Below are positions 29,752 to 41,680 of a DNA stretch of 64,000 nucleotides, in pieces (position 1 is the stretch's first letter; every line of letters begins with the position of its first letter). The DNA lies in contig CAVUZH010000013.1 in the NCBI GenBank assembly GCA_963745835.1, forward strand, positions 800,001 through 864,000, in the 5' to 3' direction. Made by a program: the position numbers and the translations under genes. The DNA is from an uncultured delta proteobacterium (GTDB lineage Bacteria; Desulfobacterota; Binatia; UBA9968). The notes beneath the pieces are model-generated. The model ran no database searches. It had not been told where the DNA came from and saw nothing but the letters and a program-made list of their open reading frames with translations.

Positions 29752-30378
29752 TTACTTCGAATACAGTTCGACGATCAGCTTCTCGTTAATCGGCATGGTA
29801 ATGTCGCTGCGGGTGGGTAGAATCTTGATTCTTCCACTGCAATTGTCTCGGTCTAGTTCCGCCCAATCCGGCACGCCTCGTCGCTGCACGCCTTCCATCG
29901 CTGTAAGAATGCGAGCCATCTGACGGCTTTGCTCCTTTACCGATATCACGTCGCCCACTCGGACCTGGTAAGATGGGATATTCAGCCGTTTGCCGTTGAC
30001 TAGTATATGTCCGTGCCGCACCAGCAGCCTGGCTTCCGCTCTGGAACTGGCAAATCCCAAGCGATATGTAACGTTGTCTAAGCGGCGCTCCAAAAAAACC
30101 AACAAAGTCTCACCGGTAATACCCTTAATTCGGCTAGCCTGATCGAAGGTTCGGCGAAACTGACTTTCCATGAGACGATAAATGCGCTTGACCTTCTGCT
30201 TCTCGCGCAACTGAATACTATACTCGGAAAATTTGGGTCTGCCTTGACCGTGCTCGCCGGGCGGATAGTTGCGTCGTTCGATGGCGCATTTATCGGTGTA
30301 ACAGCGCTCACCTTTTAGAAATAGCTTGAGGTTCTCGCGCCTGCACAATCGGCAAACGGATTCTGTGTATCTAGCCAA
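29752..30378 (-). CDS. rpsD: 30S ribosomal protein S4 (Zn-binding type)
   Basis: CRLCRRE..CYTDKC, LERRLDN. Confidence 0.98.
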   Translation of the reverse strand: MARYTESVCRLCRRENLKLFLKGERCYTDKCAIERRNYPPGEHGQGRPKFSEYSIQLREKQKVKRIYRLMESQFRRTFDQASRIKGITGETLLVFLERRLDNVTYRLGFASSRAEARLLVRHGHILVNGKRLNIPSYQVRVGDVISVKEQSRQMARILTAMEGVQRRGVPDWAELDRDNCSGRIKILPTRSDITMPINEKLIVELYSK

Positions 30379-30398
30379 TCCTTCCTCCTATTTTGTTA

Positions 30399-30854
30399 TC
30401 AAACGCGTCTGCGTTTCGGCGGGCGGCAACCATTGTGAGGAATCGGAGTTACGTCCTTGATCAAGCTGATGTTGATCCCAGCCGATTGCAATGCCCGGAG
30501 AGCGGACTCGCGTCCCGCTCCAGGACCCCGCACAAAAATTTGAACCGTCCGCAAGCCGTGGTCCATCGCCTTCTTGGCGGCGTTGTCCGCGGCTTGTTGC
30601 GCGGCGAAGGGAGTACCTTTGCGCGAACCCTTAAACCCCATGCTTCCGGCGCTCGACCAGGAAATGACATTGCCCTGATAGTCCGTGATTGTGACAATCG
30701 TATTGTTGAATGTTGAATGAATGTGAACGACTCCTTCCGCGATGTTCTTGCGGCCCCGCTTCTTGCGCGCCGCGCGATCAGCACCCTTTTGGTCCGCTGG
30801 GGTCTCGGCCTTTTTGCTCTGTTTCTCTTCGGCGGTTTCTTCGGATTTCGCCAT
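30399..30854 (-). CDS. rpsK: 30S ribosomal protein S11
   Basis: [25 protein letters not shown]. Confidence 0.98.
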   Translation of the reverse strand: MAKSEETAEEKQSKKAETPADQKGADRAARKKRGRKNIAEGVVHIHSTFNNTIVTITDYQGNVISWSSAGSMGFKGSRKGTPFAAQQAADNAAKKAMDHGLRTVQIFVRGPGAGRESALRALQSAGINISLIKDVTPIPHNGCRPPKRRRV

Positions 30855-30873
30855 TGAATACTCCTAAAATTTA

Positions 30874-31257
30874 CTAACCTTTTGACGGAGCGGTTTTCTT
30901 TCCCGCGACAGTCTTTCGCGGACCTTTCCTGGTTCGCGCGTTTGTATGGGTTCTCTGACCGTGCACCGGAAGGTTTCTACGATGTCGCTGACCCCGGTAA
31001 GAGCCCATTTCAATATGGCGTCTGAGATTGGCCGAAACGTCCCGCCGAAGATCGCCTTCAACTTTGTAATTCTGGTCTATCAACTGACGAATCTTAACCA
31101 CATCATCATCGGAAAGATCGTCACTTTTTAAATCGAGCGAGATTCCCGCGTGCGTTAATATCTCTCGGGATAAATTGCGCCCGATGCCATAGATATAGGT
31201 AAGCGCAACTTCCATCCGTTTGTTCCTTGGGAGATCGACACCCGATAAACGCGCCAT
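30874..31257 (-). CDS. rpsM: 30S ribosomal protein S13
   Basis: [22 protein letters not shown]. Confidence 0.98.
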   Translation of the reverse strand: MARLSGVDLPRNKRMEVALTYIYGIGRNLSREILTHAGISLDLKSDDLSDDDVVKIRQLIDQNYKVEGDLRRDVSANLRRHIEMGSYRGQRHRRNLPVHGQRTHTNARTRKGPRKTVAGKKTAPSKG

Positions 31258-31284
31258 AATTAACTCCAATCAAGTCTTTAAAAC

Positions 31285-31398
31285 TTAACCTTGCCTCTGC
31301 TTGTGCTTGCTATTCTCACATAGAACGCGGACAACGCCCTTGCGTCGAATAACTTTACACTTGTTACAAATCTTCTTAACCGAAGCTCTGACCTTCAC
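31285..31398 (-). CDS. rpmJ: 50S ribosomal protein L36 (Zn type)
   Basis: Manual translation from GTG: [37 protein letters not shown]. Confidence 0.96.
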   Translation of the reverse strand: MKVRASVKKICNKCKVIRRKGVVRVLCENSKHKQRQG

Positions 31399-31411
31399 GA
31401 TAGCTCCTGTT

Positions 31412-31630
31412 CTAACGCTCGCGATAGATGATTCTTCCACGCGCCAAATCATAGGGCGACAATTCGATCTTCACTTTGTCACCAGGAAGAATCTTGATGT
31501 AATGCATTCGCATCTTGCCGGATATGTGGGCCAAAACCCTATGCCCGTTTTCCAACTGTACCCGAAACATGGCATTGGGTAAGGTTTCCAAGACCGTTCC
31601 CATCACTTCGATGGCATCTTCTTTTGGCAT
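31412..31630 (-). CDS. infA: Translation initiation factor IF-1
   Basis: [26 protein letters not shown]. Confidence 0.98.
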   Translation of the reverse strand: MPKEDAIEVMGTVLETLPNAMFRVQLENGHRVLAHISGKMRMHYIKILPGDKVKIELSPYDLARGRIIYRER

Positions 31631-31661
31631 AAATGATCGACTACCTGCTAATCACCTCAGA

Positions 31662-32420
31662 CTATAGCTGGCTGAGAATATAAGGACCGTCTTTGGTGAC
31701 GGCAACTGAATGTTCAAAATGGGCCGCCAAGCTACCGTCTTTGGTTACCGCAGTCCAGCCGTCGGCTTTAATTTCCACCTCAGGGCCGCCAATGTTTACC
31801 ATCGGCTCTATGGCCAATACCATTCCTTCTTTAAACCTCAGTCCGCGGTCAGGTTCACCATAATTTGGCACAGGCGGCTCTTCATGCAGTCGTTTTCCGA
31901 TGCCGTGCCCAACGAAGGCTCGAACCACTGAATAACCGGCTTCCTCGGCAGTCATTTGGACGGCAGCACCGAGATCGCCCAGTCTCTTGCCTTCATACAA
32001 TTGATTGATGCCGTCGTACAATGACTTTTCGGTAATCTCCATCAGGCGCTTGGCTTCGTCGCTGACCGTTCCTACACCGACCGTGATCGCAGAGTCGCCG
32101 TAGAAGCCCTCATAAATGACACCGTAGTCGAGCCCAACGATGTCGCCCTCCTTAAGCGTTCGATTGGACGGGATGCCATGAACTATTTCTTCATTTATCG
32201 ATGCACACAGGCAACGAGGAAAGACCCGTCCGGCGACAGAATAACCTTTAAAGGCCGGAATCGCGTTTCTTTTAAGGGTCAACTCTTCGGCCACTCGATC
32301 CAGATCTAGGGTCGTCACTCCGGGAGCTATCTTTGCCTTCAGCTCCTGTAAAACCTCGGCCACGATCAGATTCGCTCTTCTCATGATCTCGATTTCTCGA
32401 GGTGATTTGAGCGATATCAA
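31662..32420 (-). CDS. map: Type I methionine aminopeptidase
   Basis: NEEIVHGIP, GHGIG..LHEEP, AIEPM, AHFEHS. Confidence 0.97.
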   Translation of the reverse strand: MISLKSPREIEIMRRANLIVAEVLQELKAKIAPGVTTLDLDRVAEELTLKRNAIPAFKGYSVAGRVFPRCLCASINEEIVHGIPSNRTLKEGDIVGLDYGVIYEGFYGDSAITVGVGTVSDEAKRLMEITEKSLYDGINQLYEGKRLGDLGAAVQMTAEEAGYSVVRAFVGHGIGKRLHEEPPVPNYGEPDRGLRFKEGMVLAIEPMVNIGGPEVEIKADGWTAVTKDGSLAAHFEHSVAVTKDGPYILSQL

Positions 32421-33079
32421 CTGACCGGCCTCCCGAGTGCTTCGACGATTCGCTTCTCAATATCTTCCACTTTCCCAACGCCGTTGATTTCCCGCAACTT
32501 ACCACGCTCTCGGTAGTAATTAGCTAGGGGCGCAGTCTGGGATTCATAAACCCGTAAGCGAGTGGTGATGGTCTCTTCGCGATCATCATCGCGTTGCTGC
32601 AAACCACCGCCACAACGGTCGCAGGTCTCGCCGTTGCTGGGTGGATCAAAATTCACATGATAGAGGGCGCCGCAGTTTTGGCAATTTCGCCGTCCCGCCA
32701 GGCGCTGAACTATAACGTCATGGGGAACTTGGATAGACAAGACGGCATTCAATGGCAATGCCATTGTCTTCAAGATCTCCTCCAGGCTTTCAGCCTGCGG
32801 CAAAGTCCTGGGAAAGCCGTCCAGAACAAAGCCGTTCGCGCACTCCTTTTGCTTCAGCCGTTCACCGACTAACCTGACTATCACGTCATCGGGCACTAAC
32901 TCGCCGCGGCTAAGATAGCTTTCGGCTTCCTTCCCAAGCGGCGTTTTGTCGGCCACAGCTTTTCTTAGGATGTCGCCTGTGGAAATTTGACAGGCCTCGA
33001 AGCGCTCTCGCAAGAGCTTCCCCTGCGTTCCTTTTCCTGCGCCCGGCGGGCCTAGCAGAACAACACGTACACTGGCCAA
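32417..33079 (-). CDS. adk: Adenylate kinase (Zn lid)
   Basis: GPPGAGKGTQ, LDGFPRT, CQNC..CDRC. Confidence 0.97.
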   Translation of the reverse strand: MASVRVVLLGPPGAGKGTQGKLLRERFEACQISTGDILRKAVADKTPLGKEAESYLSRGELVPDDVIVRLVGERLKQKECANGFVLDGFPRTLPQAESLEEILKTMALPLNAVLSIQVPHDVIVQRLAGRRNCQNCGALYHVNFDPPSNGETCDRCGGGLQQRDDDREETITTRLRVYESQTAPLANYYRERGKLREINGVGKVEDIEKRIVEALGRPVS

Positions 33080-33082
33080 GCC

Positions 33083-34393
33083 TTAGCCCCTTCTTCCCCG
33101 CAGTCGGCCTCGCTTCATAAAACCCTCATAGTTGCGGGTAATCAAGTGGCTCTCCATTTGCGCCACAGTGTCAAGCGCCACGCCCACAACGATCAGTAAG
33201 GCGGTTCCACCGAAGTAGAACGGCACGTTAAACTGGCTCACCAAGATTGTCGGCAGCAAGGATACGATGCACAGGTAAATCGCTCCGCTCAGAGTGATGC
33301 GAGAAAGCACCCTCTCGATGTAGTCGGCAGTCTTCTGGCCCGGTCGAATTCCCGGAATATAGCCGCCGAATTTCTTCATGTTTTCCGCGACATCGGCCGG
33401 ATTAAAAACCACCGCAGTGTAGAAGAACGCGAAGAAAATGATCAGCAGCGCGAACACCAAATCGTGCAGCCATTGCCCCGGGCTCAAATAAGTCGCCGCG
33501 GTTTGAACCCAGGGATACTGGGCAAACTGCGCCATGGTTGCTGGAAATATAAGAATTGAAGAAGCAAAAATGACCGGGATGACATTGGCCGTGTTCACCT
33601 TTAACGGCAGATGCGAGCTCTGGCCACCATACATTTTGCGGCCGACAACCCGCTTTGCATACTGAACGGGAATACGCCGCTGTCCGCGTTCAACAAAGAT
33701 AATTGCGCCGACAACGGCGACGATCAAAATTAGCATGAAGAGCGCCACTAACACGTTCAACTCGCCCTCGCGAATAAACTGGAAGGTCGTAGTGATCGCA
33801 GATGGAAGACGCGCCACGATTCCGGCAAATATAATTAGCGATATGCCATTACCCACGCCCCGCTCGGTAATTTGTTCCCCCAACCACATAATAAAAGCTG
33901 TCCCCGACGCGAGCGTAATAACCGTCATGATGTGAAAACTCACGTCTGCATTTAACACAATCGGCTGACCACCGGGCCCTTGCGTGCCGGCCAAGCCCAG
34001 GCTGATCATAGTGCCTTGGATGACGGCAAGGACGATAGTCCCATAACGGGTGTATTGGGTGATTTTTCGCCGCCCTGCTTCACCCTCTTTTGACAATCGT
34101 TCGAGATAAGGAAAAACCACCGTCAAAAGCTGAAGGATAATCGATGCGCTGATATAGGGCATGATGCCCAAAGAAAAAACCGAAAATTGTTCAAGAGCGC
34201 CACCGGAAAAAAGGTTGAACAAGCCAAAGATCGTGCCCTTATACTGTTCAAAGAACGCCGCTAACGCTTGGCGGTCGATTCCCGGCGTCGGCACATGGAC
34301 GCCAAGCCGGTAGACGGCCAGCATCGCCAGTGTAAACAACAAACGTTTGCGCAACTCTGGGATGCGCGAGGCGTTTTGAAAACCGCTAAGCAT
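33083..34393 (-). CDS. secY: Preprotein translocase SecY
   Basis: [25 protein letters not shown]. Confidence 0.98.
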   Translation of the reverse strand: MLSGFQNASRIPELRKRLLFTLAMLAVYRLGVHVPTPGIDRQALAAFFEQYKGTIFGLFNLFSGGALEQFSVFSLGIMPYISASIILQLLTVVFPYLERLSKEGEAGRRKITQYTRYGTIVLAVIQGTMISLGLAGTQGPGGQPIVLNADVSFHIMTVITLASGTAFIMWLGEQITERGVGNGISLIIFAGIVARLPSAITTTFQFIREGELNVLVALFMLILIVAVVGAIIFVERGQRRIPVQYAKRVVGRKMYGGQSSHLPLKVNTANVIPVIFASSILIFPATMAQFAQYPWVQTAATYLSPGQWLHDLVFALLIIFFAFFYTAVVFNPADVAENMKKFGGYIPGIRPGQKTADYIERVLSRITLSGAIYLCIVSLLPTILVSQFNVPFYFGGTALLIVVGVALDTVAQMESHLITRNYEGFMKRGRLRGRRG

Positions 34394-34838
34394 GAACCGT
34401 TATCAGTTCGGCCTTTCCGCCGGCCGCTTCGATTTTTTCCTTGGCCTTCGCCGAGAAGCTATGCGCCTTGATCGTCAAACTCTTGCTGAGCGCGCCATCG
34501 CCTAGGATCTTAATCCGGCGATTCTTCCCATGCACTAGTCCTTTTGCCGACATTATCTCCGGATTGATCTCGTTATCCGATGACAATCTTTCCAGCTGAT
34601 CCAGGTTCACGATGGCAAAATCGACTTTGAAGGGATTATTAAATCCTCGCTTCGGCAGACGTCTTTGTAATGGCATCTGGCCGCCCTCAAATCCAGGACG
34701 GGTTCCACCGCCGGCACGGGCGCGCTGTCCTTTGTGCCCCCGACAAGCGGTTTTTCCATGACCGGAACCGTCGCCACGCCCCACACGTTTTTGTTTTTTT
34801 GTCGAGCCGGGAGCCGGCCTTAAATCATCTAGCTTCAT
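34386..34838 (-). CDS. rplO: 50S ribosomal protein L15
   Basis: [18 protein letters not shown]. Confidence 0.98.
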   Translation of the reverse strand: MKLDDLRPAPGSTKKQKRVGRGDGSGHGKTACRGHKGQRARAGGGTRPGFEGGQMPLQRRLPKRGFNNPFKVDFAIVNLDQLERLSSDNEINPEIMSAKGLVHGKNRRIKILGDGALSKSLTIKAHSFSAKAKEKIEAAGGKAELITVHA

Positions 34839-34839
34839 T

Positions 34840-35343
34840 TTAACGGATCTCCGCCAATGTTTTTCCGCGCCTTTCCGCGATTTCTTCTGGCGCTCTCAAA
34901 TCGCGCAGAGCTTCGACGGTAGCTTTAACCATGTTGTGCGGATTGTTAGAACCGAGGCACTTGGTCAAGACGTTCTGAATTCCGGCAGCCTCAACCACGG
35001 CACGAACTCCGCCACCGGCGATGACCCCGGTACCATCGGAAGCTGGTTTCAATATAACGTATCCGGCGCCAAATCTTCCGGTCACCTCAAAGGGGATAGT
35101 TCCTGCCATCACTGGAACCCTGATCAGATTTTTTTTTGCTTGTTCCAATCCCTTCCGAATCGCTTCCGGCACCTCGTTGGCCTTACCCATTCCGCAGCCG
35201 ACCACCGAATGATTGTCGCCAACTACGATAAGGGCGCTAAAGCTGAACCGGCGGCCACCCTTAACTACTTTGGCAACCCGGCTAATGTGAACAACTTTTT
35301 CCTTGAGTTCTAATCCATGCGGATCAATGCGTTCCAAAGACAC
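34840..35343 (-). CDS. rpsE: 30S ribosomal protein S5
   Basis: [25 protein letters not shown]. Confidence 0.98.
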   Translation of the reverse strand: MSLERIDPHGLELKEKVVHISRVAKVVKGGRRFSFSALIVVGDNHSVVGCGMGKANEVPEAIRKGLEQAKKNLIRVPVMAGTIPFEVTGRFGAGYVILKPASDGTGVIAGGGVRAVVEAAGIQNVLTKCLGSNNPHNMVKATVEALRDLRAPEEIAERRGKTLAEIR

Positions 35344-35361
35344 CTCACTACGCAGGCTGCG

Positions 35362-35727
35362 CTAAAATTCTAAACCACCTTCGCGCGCACCATCAGCAAC
35401 CGCCTTTACGCGCCCGTGGAAGAGAAACCCATTACGATCGAAGACGACATGGCTAATGTTCTTTTCTTTACAAGCTTTTGCCAAATTCAAACCGACTCGC
35501 TTTGCGGCTTCCACACCCTTGATGTTCTTGATTTCATCAGCCAGGCCGGAAGAAAGCGTGGAAGCGGATGCTAAGGTCATTCCCTTGGTGTCCGATATCA
35601 CCTGAACGTAGATGTGCCTACCGCTTTTATAGACGCAGACACGAGGGCGAGCATCGGTCCCCAAAACCTTTTTCCGGACGCGTTGTTGTCGCCGTATGCG
35701 CGCAATATTTTTTTGCTTGGTTGCCAT
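35362..35727 (-). CDS. rplR: 50S ribosomal protein L18
   Basis: FDRNGFLFHGRVKAVADGAREGGL. Confidence 0.97.
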   Translation of the reverse strand: MATKQKNIARIRRQQRVRKKVLGTDARPRVCVYKSGRHIYVQVISDTKGMTLASASTLSSGLADEIKNIKGVEAAKRVGLNLAKACKEKNISHVVFDRNGFLFHGRVKAVADGAREGGLEF

Positions 35728-35744
35728 CTCTCTAACCTCAGAGG

Positions 35745-36293
35745 CTATTTGCCAGCCGAACCCACGGCCTTGCCAGCCTTACGCTTGATAACCTCTTCGC
35801 GATACTTAATCCCTTTGCCCTTATAAGGCTCAGGCGCTCGCAAGCTTCTGATTTTTGCAGCAGTTTCTCCAACCAACTGTCGATCAGCACCGGTCAAGGT
35901 GATGATAACCTGCCGTTCGACCGACGCTGTGACGCCTGGCGGCAAGCGAAAAACTACAGGATGAGAGTACCCCAGTGTCATGTGAATCTCTTGGCCTTTA
36001 ACCTCCGCGCGATAACCGACGCCATTGATATCGAGTATACGGTTAAATCCTTTGCTGACACCTTCGGCCATGTTGGCGATCAATTTTCGGGTAAGACCGT
36101 GCAGAGCTCGCATTCTCCGAGCCTCTTCGCCGCGCTCAACATGAACAACAGTCCCATCAACTTTGACCGCGATTCCGGACGGAATCGCGGCGCTCAGCTT
36201 TCCCTTGGGTCCTTCCAGCCGAACTGCATCGCCATCGACTGCGATTTTAACTCCCGAAGGAACCGTGATAGGTAATTTTCCGATGCGTGACAC
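35745..36293 (-). CDS. rplF: 50S ribosomal protein L6
   Basis: GTG start, SRIGKLP; PEPYKGKGIKY. Confidence 0.97.
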   Translation of the reverse strand: MSRIGKLPITVPSGVKIAVDGDAVRLEGPKGKLSAAIPSGIAVKVDGTVVHVERGEEARRMRALHGLTRKLIANMAEGVSKGFNRILDINGVGYRAEVKGQEIHMTLGYSHPVVFRLPPGVTASVERQVIITLTGADRQLVGETAAKIRSLRAPEPYKGKGIKYREEVIKRKAGKAVGSAGK

Positions 36294-36309
36294 GTTTACC
36301 TCGTACAAG

Positions 36310-36714
36310 CTACCAAACCGAACATAGAACCTCGCCGCCAACCTTGGCGCGTTGGGCTTCCCGGTCGACCAAAATTCCTTTGGAAGTAGAGAGTATGTTG
36401 ATACCCAGCCCCTTGCGAATCGGGGTTAACTGCTGGGCGCCGACATACACCTTCAAGCTGGGGCGACTCACTCGCTTTAATCCTAATATGATCGGCCGAT
36501 TGTCCCGATCAAACTTCAGTAGAATGATCAGCTCGTCACCCGCGCCTTCGGCAGCTTTGACTTTCTTGTATTCCTTTACGTAACCCTCTTCAACGAAAAC
36601 CTTTACGATATTTTCCTTGACCCGCGACCACGGCACGGCAACCCTTTGGTGGCGCGCCCTCGAGGCGTTGCGGATTCTCGTCAGCATGTCGGCGATTGGA
36701 TCGGTCATTCCCAT
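36310..36714 (-). CDS. rpsH: 30S ribosomal protein S8
   Basis: DPIADMLTRIRNA, STSKG. Confidence 0.98.
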   Translation of the reverse strand: MGMTDPIADMLTRIRNASRARHQRVAVPWSRVKENIVKVFVEEGYVKEYKKVKAAEGAGDELIILLKFDRDNRPIILGLKRVSRPSLKVYVGAQQLTPIRKGLGINILSTSKGILVDREAQRAKVGGEVLCSVW

Positions 36715-36727
36715 ATTGCTCTCCGTC

Positions 36728-36913
36728 CTACCAGCTGGCCTTGATAAGTCCCGGGATGTGGCCCTTGCGAGCGTGGTCTCTGAGACAAAGCCGGCACATG
36801 CGAAAGCGTCGGTAAAACGCCCGGGATCGTCCGCAGAGCGGGCAACGATTGTACTCCCGAACTTTGAACTTATTCGGTCTTTCGGCTTTGATTCGTAAAC
36901 ACTTCTTGGCCAA
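36728..36913 (-). CDS. rpsZ: 30S ribosomal protein S14 type Z
   Basis: [15 protein letters not shown]. Confidence 0.97.
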   Translation of the reverse strand: MAKKCLRIKAERPNKFKVREYNRCPLCGRSRAFYRRFRMCRLCLRDHARKGHIPGLIKASW

Positions 36914-36935
36914 TGGAAATCTCCCTAGTTATAGA

Positions 36936-37487
36936 TCAAGTGCCAAACGGCATTCCTAAGTGCTTCAGCAACGCCCGTCCCTCAGGATCGGTCTTTGCTG
37001 TGGTGGTTATGGTCACGGTCATTCCCCGGGCCTTTTCAACTTTGTCAGGATTGATTTCGGGAAAAATGATCTGTTCTCTAAGCCCCAAGGAATAGTTTCC
37101 CCTTCCGTCAAAAGAGCGATCAGAAACGCCTTTGAAGTCTCGTACTCTGGGCAGAGCTACGTGAATTAACCGGTCCAGGAATTCATACATCCGATCGCGT
37201 CGCAATGTCACCATGCAACCGATCGGCACTCCTTCGCGCAGTTTAAAATTAGCTATCGCCTTCTTGGCCCGTGTAATCACCGGCTTCTGGCCTGCGATAG
37301 CGGTAATCTCCGCGACCGTTGAGTCCAATGCTTTGATATTTTGCGTCGCCTCACCAAGACCGACGTTGATTGTGATCTTTTCTAACTTCGGCACCTGCAT
37401 GGAATTCTTGTAGCCGAATTCCGACTTCATCGCCGGCACCACCTGATCGTCGTATTTCTGTTTTAGACGAACCATCCTTGTCACCAT
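36936..37487 (-). CDS. rplE: 50S ribosomal protein L5
   Basis: [16 protein letters not shown]; start at 37487 (TGATG overlap) or 37475. Confidence 0.97.
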   Translation of the reverse strand: MVTRMVRLKQKYDDQVVPAMKSEFGYKNSMQVPKLEKITINVGLGEATQNIKALDSTVAEITAIAGQKPVITRAKKAIANFKLREGVPIGCMVTLRRDRMYEFLDRLIHVALPRVRDFKGVSDRSFDGRGNYSLGLREQIIFPEINPDKVEKARGMTVTITTTAKTDPEGRALLKHLGMPFGT

Positions 37488-37804
37488 CAATCCAACGCCT
37501 CGCCGCAGCGTCGGCACACACGAACCTTATTGCCGTCGGTAAGAATCTTTTTTCCGATGCGCACCGGCGCGTTGCATTTATCGCACATGATCATGATGTT
37601 GGATGCGGGGATAGAGGCTTCCTTTTCGACGATTCCGCCGGCTTGCTGCGGCCCTCGCGGTTTTGTGTGCCGCTTCACCACATTGATTCTTTCAATGATC
37701 ACGGCATCCTCTTTCGGATTTACGCGGAGAACTTTGCCAGTCTTGCCCCGCTCCTTGCCGGAAATCACCATGACACTGTCGTTTTTGCGAATCTGCACGA
37801 ACAC
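37487..37804 (-). CDS. rplX: 50S ribosomal protein L24
   Basis: [17 protein letters not shown]. Confidence 0.97.
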   Translation of the reverse strand: MFVQIRKNDSVMVISGKERGKTGKVLRVNPKEDAVIIERINVVKRHTKPRGPQQAGGIVEKEASIPASNIMIMCDKCNAPVRIGKKILTDGNKVRVCRRCGEALD

Positions 37805-37819
37805 GTTCTCCCAAACCGT

Positions 37820-38188
37820 TTAGAGCACCTCAGGCGCGAGTGAAATAATTTTCATAAACTTCTTGGCTCGCAGCTCACGCGCCACAGGACCAAAAATTCG
37901 GGTTCCAATCGGCTCCTTCTGATTATCGATGAGCACCGCCGAATTGTTATCGAAGCGGATATAGGTTCCGTCGGAGCGTCCAATCTCTTTTGCGGTCCTT
38001 ACCACGACGGCTTTCATCACTTCGCCCTTTTTCACTTTGGCGTTAGGAATTGCTTCTTTGACTGACACAACAATGATGTCTCCGATCGACGCGTACTTCC
38101 GCTTGCTGCCACCCAAAACCTTGATACATTGGACTTTCCGTGCGCCCGAATTATCCGCAACATCCAACACCGTTCTCGTCTGAATCAT
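37820..38188 (-). CDS. rplN: 50S ribosomal protein L14
   Basis: [20 protein letters not shown]. Confidence 0.98.
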   Translation of the reverse strand: MIQTRTVLDVADNSGARKVQCIKVLGGSKRKYASIGDIIVVSVKEAIPNAKVKKGEVMKAVVVRTAKEIGRSDGTYIRFDNNSAVLIDNQKEPIGTRIFGPVARELRAKKFMKIISLAPEVL

Positions 38189-38223
38189 GAATCGACCTCA
38201 ACCTACTTGACCTGAACGGACGC

Positions 38224-38517
38224 CTAGACATCGGCTCCGGTGGACTGCTCACCCGCTGTCGTTTGAGTTCGCTGCAATATCTCACTAACGCGCCAACGTT
38301 TGTCACGGCTGAGGGGGCGGCATTCGACGATACGTACCCGATCGCCTACCTGACATTGATTGGTTTCATCGTGCGCTTTTACTCTGCTTCTACGTTTTAG
38401 ATACTTTCTGTACTTCGGATGCATGACGGTTCGTTCAAGCGATACCACGATGGTCTTTTCCATCCGATCGCTGACGACGGTGCCGGTGCGCTCTTTTCTA
38501 AGGCTTCGATTATCCAT
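38224..38517 (-). CDS. rpsQ: 30S ribosomal protein S17
   Basis: [22 protein letters not shown]. Confidence 0.97.
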   Translation of the reverse strand: MDNRSLRKERTGTVVSDRMEKTIVVSLERTVMHPKYRKYLKRRSRVKAHDETNQCQVGDRVRIVECRPLSRDKRWRVSEILQRTQTTAGEQSTGADV

Positions 38518-38518
38518 A

Positions 38519-38722
38519 CTATACCTTCCCGCCTTGGACCGCCTTTTCATTCAAGATCGTCTCGACCCGAGCCAAGTCACGCTTGGTCTGCCGCAACTTC
38601 ATCGGGTTCTCCAACCTGCTGGTTGCCCGTTTTAGCTTCAAATAACCGATCTCTTCACGAAGCTCACTTAACTTACGGGCGAGGTCGGCGGAGCTCATGT
38701 CGCGTAATTCCTTAGCTTCCAT
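38519..38722 (-). CDS. rpmC: 50S ribosomal protein L29
   Basis: [19 protein letters not shown]; operon position. Confidence 0.95.
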   Translation of the reverse strand: MEAKELRDMSSADLARKLSELREEIGYLKLKRATSRLENPMKLRQTKRDLARVETILNEKAVQGGKV

Positions 38723-39137
38723 GAACCGCGCCTCTTCTTTCTACGACAATAGTTGGAATGGACAACTTGTGCGCCGCCAGCCGAAACGCCTCGCGCGCGA
38801 GGCTAGCCTCTACGCCTTCCATTTCAAACAGAATTCTTCCGGGTTGAACCACCGCCACCCACATTTCCGGGGATCCCTTGCCTTTTCCCATTCGGGTTTC
38901 GGCTGGCTTTTTGGTCAAGGGTTTGTCCGGGAAGATCCTGATCCAAACTTTTCCGCCTCTCTTGAGATACCGCGTTAGAGCGACTCGAGCTGCTTCGATT
39001 TCTCGCGCGCTCATCCAACCGCGGTCTATCGCCTTCAGTCCGAAATCTCCAAACGCCAGAGTGGAACCTCGGTATGCGGTTCCGCGCCGGCGACCTTTTT
39101 GTAATTTTCGGTATTTTACCTTTTTCGGTTCGAGCAT
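38712..39137 (-). CDS. rplP: 50S ribosomal protein L16
   Basis: [12 protein letters not shown]. Confidence 0.98.
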   Translation of the reverse strand: MLEPKKVKYRKLQKGRRRGTAYRGSTLAFGDFGLKAIDRGWMSAREIEAARVALTRYLKRGGKVWIRIFPDKPLTKKPAETRMGKGKGSPEMWVAVVQPGRILFEMEGVEASLAREAFRLAAHKLSIPTIVVERRGAVHGS

Positions 39138-39162
39138 CTTACCTGTCTCAGATCATTTTGCA

Positions 39163-39825
39163 TCAGCCGCCCAACATGGCTTTCTGCTGTTCTTCTTCTT
39201 CGGTGAGCACCTCACCTCGGAATATCCAAGCCTTCACGCCGATGATGCCGTAGGTCGTGCGCGCCTCGGCAAAACCATAATTGACGTCCGCCCGCAAAGT
39301 GTGGAGCGGAACCCGCCCCTCACGGTACCATTCGGTTCGTGCGATTTCCGAACCGCCCAATCGACCGGCGCATTGAATCTTTACGCCTTGAGCTCCCATA
39401 CGCATTGCCCGCGAAACACTTTCTTTCATAGCGCGCCGAAAAGCCACCCGACGCTCCAGCTGCAGGGCGACGTTTTCGGCCACGAGCTGTCCGTCGAGGT
39501 CCGGCCGCCTGACTTCATGAATGTTGATGTAGGTTTCGCGATTAGTAAGCTTGGCGATTTCTTCTTTTAGTTTTTCGATCTCAGCGCCCTTTTTACCAAT
39601 TACGATTCCCGGGCGCGCGGTATGAATATTAATCTTCGCCTTATTAGCGGCTCGTTCGATTTCAATTTTCGAAATGCCGGCATGGTACAGTCGGCTTTTT
39701 AAAAACTTCTTCACACGGAAATCTTCGTGAAGCAGCTTGGCATAATCGTGGCGTGAGTACCATTTCGAATCCCATGACTCTATGACACCTAAGCGAAACA
39801 TCTTTGGATGTGTTTTCTGACCCAT
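39163..39825 (-). CDS. rpsC: 30S ribosomal protein S3
   Basis: [28 protein letters not shown]. Confidence 0.98.
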   Translation of the reverse strand: MGQKTHPKMFRLGVIESWDSKWYSRHDYAKLLHEDFRVKKFLKSRLYHAGISKIEIERAANKAKINIHTARPGIVIGKKGAEIEKLKEEIAKLTNRETYINIHEVRRPDLDGQLVAENVALQLERRVAFRRAMKESVSRAMRMGAQGVKIQCAGRLGGSEIARTEWYREGRVPLHTLRADVNYGFAEARTTYGIIGVKAWIFRGEVLTEEEEQQKAMLGG

Positions 39826-39826
39826 G

Positions 39827-40171
39827 CTATCTCCTCTCACTCACCTCATCCAACACAATGGTGATATGACTCAAGCGCTTACGAATTCGCGTGGCTCTTC
39901 CCTGCGCTCGCGGCGTAAATCGCTTCCACATTCCGGCCTCATCGACGTTGGCCTGTTTGACATAGAGTTGATCCACGTCGACGCTCTGCGTGCTTTCAGC
40001 GTTAGCGACCGCGGTGCGCAAAGTCTTGGAGACAATTAGGGCGGAGCGCTTCGGTGTAAATTTTAAAATATTCAGCGCCTCTTCAACCCCTTTGCCGCGA
40101 ATCTGATCGACTACCAACCGAACCTTGCGCGGAGATAGCCTGATAAACTTCGTAATCGCGCGAACTTCCAT
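39827..40171 (-). CDS. rplV: 50S ribosomal protein L22
   Basis: [15 protein letters not shown]. Confidence 0.98.
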   Translation of the reverse strand: MEVRAITKFIRLSPRKVRLVVDQIRGKGVEEALNILKFTPKRSALIVSKTLRTAVANAESTQSVDVDQLYVKQANVDEAGMWKRFTPRAQGRATRIRKRLSHITIVLDEVSERR

Positions 40172-40235
40172 AACTCAGTTACTAACCTTTGGTTCCATGC
40201 GTGTTGAATTCTCGGCCACAGATCGCCAACCGGCG

Positions 40236-40547
40236 CTATCTGGCGGCGCCGCCGGGTCTCGGCCCGGCCTGACCCGATTCGGCCTTTTTGTCTCCCGAAT
40301 GAGCAAAGAAAGTTCGGGTCGGCGAGAACTCGCCAAGTTTATGTCCGACCATGTTTTCGGAAACAAACACCGGGATGAACTTTCGACCGTTATGCACGCC
40401 AATCGTATGACCAACCATTTCCGGCGTCACCGTGGATCGACGCGACCAGGTCCGAATGACTTGCTTCTGACGTGATTCGTTCATGGCCGAAATCTTCTTG
40501 GTCAGATGTTCATCGACGAAGGGTCCCTTTTTTATCGAACGCGGCAT
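40236..40547 (-). CDS. rpsS: 30S ribosomal protein S19
   Basis: [21 protein letters not shown]. Confidence 0.98.
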   Translation of the reverse strand: MPRSIKKGPFVDEHLTKKISAMNESRQKQVIRTWSRRSTVTPEMVGHTIGVHNGRKFIPVFVSENMVGHKLGEFSPTRTFFAHSGDKKAESGQAGPRPGGAAR

Positions 40548-40549
40548 GT

Positions 40550-41377
40550 TTATTTCGCCTTCCTTCCCTTGACGATGTACTTATCCGTGGACTGATTTTT
40601 CCGAGTCTTGTAGCCTTTGGTCGGCTTCCCCCACGGTGTCATTGGATGATTGCCTTTGGACCGTCCTTCGCCGCCGCCATGCGGATGATCGACGGGATTC
40701 TTGGCGATCCCGCGGGTGGTCGATCTAAAACCGAGCCAGCGCATCCGTCCGGCCTTGCCCCAGGAAACATTCTCCTGGTCGGCATTGCCGACCTGACCGA
40801 TGGTTGCGCGGCACTCAGCCAGAACATTACGGAGTTCACCTGAAGGAAGCTTCAGCAATGCATAAGAACCTTCTTTGGCCATTAACTGAATGCCTGAACC
40901 GGCGCTGCGGGCTAGCTGACCACCTTTACCTATTTTAAGTTCAACGTTGTGAACCACAGTACCAACTGGAACAAACTTTAGAGGCAGCGAATTACCCGGC
41001 TGAATGTCGACGTTATCATCCCCAGCTATCACGGAATCGCCCACTTTAAGACGTTCAGGCGCTAGGATGTAGCGCCGCTCGCCATCGGCGTAACAAAGCA
41101 GCGCGATGTTGGCTGAGCGATTTGGATCGTACTCAATCGCTTCAACCTTCGCCGGAACACCTTTCTTGTTACGCTTAAAATCGATAACGCGATAGAGCCG
41201 TTTGTGTCCTCCGCCTCGATGATCAGCGGTAATACGTCCATTGTTGTTACGACCACCGCTATGAGCCAAAGGCGTTCTCAATGCCTTCTCAGGTCGCTTC
41301 TTTGCAACTTCATCAAAGGTCAAGCCCGTTCGGAAACGCATCCCGGCCGATGTCGGTCGATAGGTTCTAATCGCCAT
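40550..41377 (-). CDS. rplB: 50S ribosomal protein L2
   Basis: [20 protein letters not shown]. Confidence 0.98.
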   Translation of the reverse strand: MAIRTYRPTSAGMRFRTGLTFDEVAKKRPEKALRTPLAHSGGRNNNGRITADHRGGGHKRLYRVIDFKRNKKGVPAKVEAIEYDPNRSANIALLCYADGERRYILAPERLKVGDSVIAGDDNVDIQPGNSLPLKFVPVGTVVHNVELKIGKGGQLARSAGSGIQLMAKEGSYALLKLPSGELRNVLAECRATIGQVGNADQENVSWGKAGRMRWLGFRSTTRGIAKNPVDHPHGGGEGRSKGNHPMTPWGKPTKGYKTRKNQSTDKYIVKGRKAK

Positions 41378-41389
41378 GATTTATTCTCT

Positions 41390-41680
41390 CTACGCCGCCC
41401 CGAAAAAGTCGATCTTGTCGCCTTCGCGTAAGGTTACGTATGCCTTCTTCCATTCCGGCCGCCGGCCCGTGCTTTTGCCTACCCGGCGCACCTTTCCCAG
41501 ATAACGGGCCATGCGCACTTTAACGACCTTAACCTTAAAAAGAGACTCAACCGCCTTTTTAACTTCAACTTTGTTGGCATCAGGGCGCACTTTGAACAAC
41601 ACCTGCTGCACCGTTTCGGCAAGCAGCGAGCCTTTCTCCGAAATGACCGGCGCCTTGATGATTTCTTGAGGTCCTCTCAT
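41390..41680 (-). CDS. rplW: 50S ribosomal protein L23
   Basis: PVISEK, WKKAYVTL. Confidence 0.97.
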   Translation of the reverse strand: MRGPQEIIKAPVISEKGSLLAETVQQVLFKVRPDANKVEVKKAVESLFKVKVVKVRMARYLGKVRRVGKSTGRRPEWKKAYVTLREGDKIDFFGAA

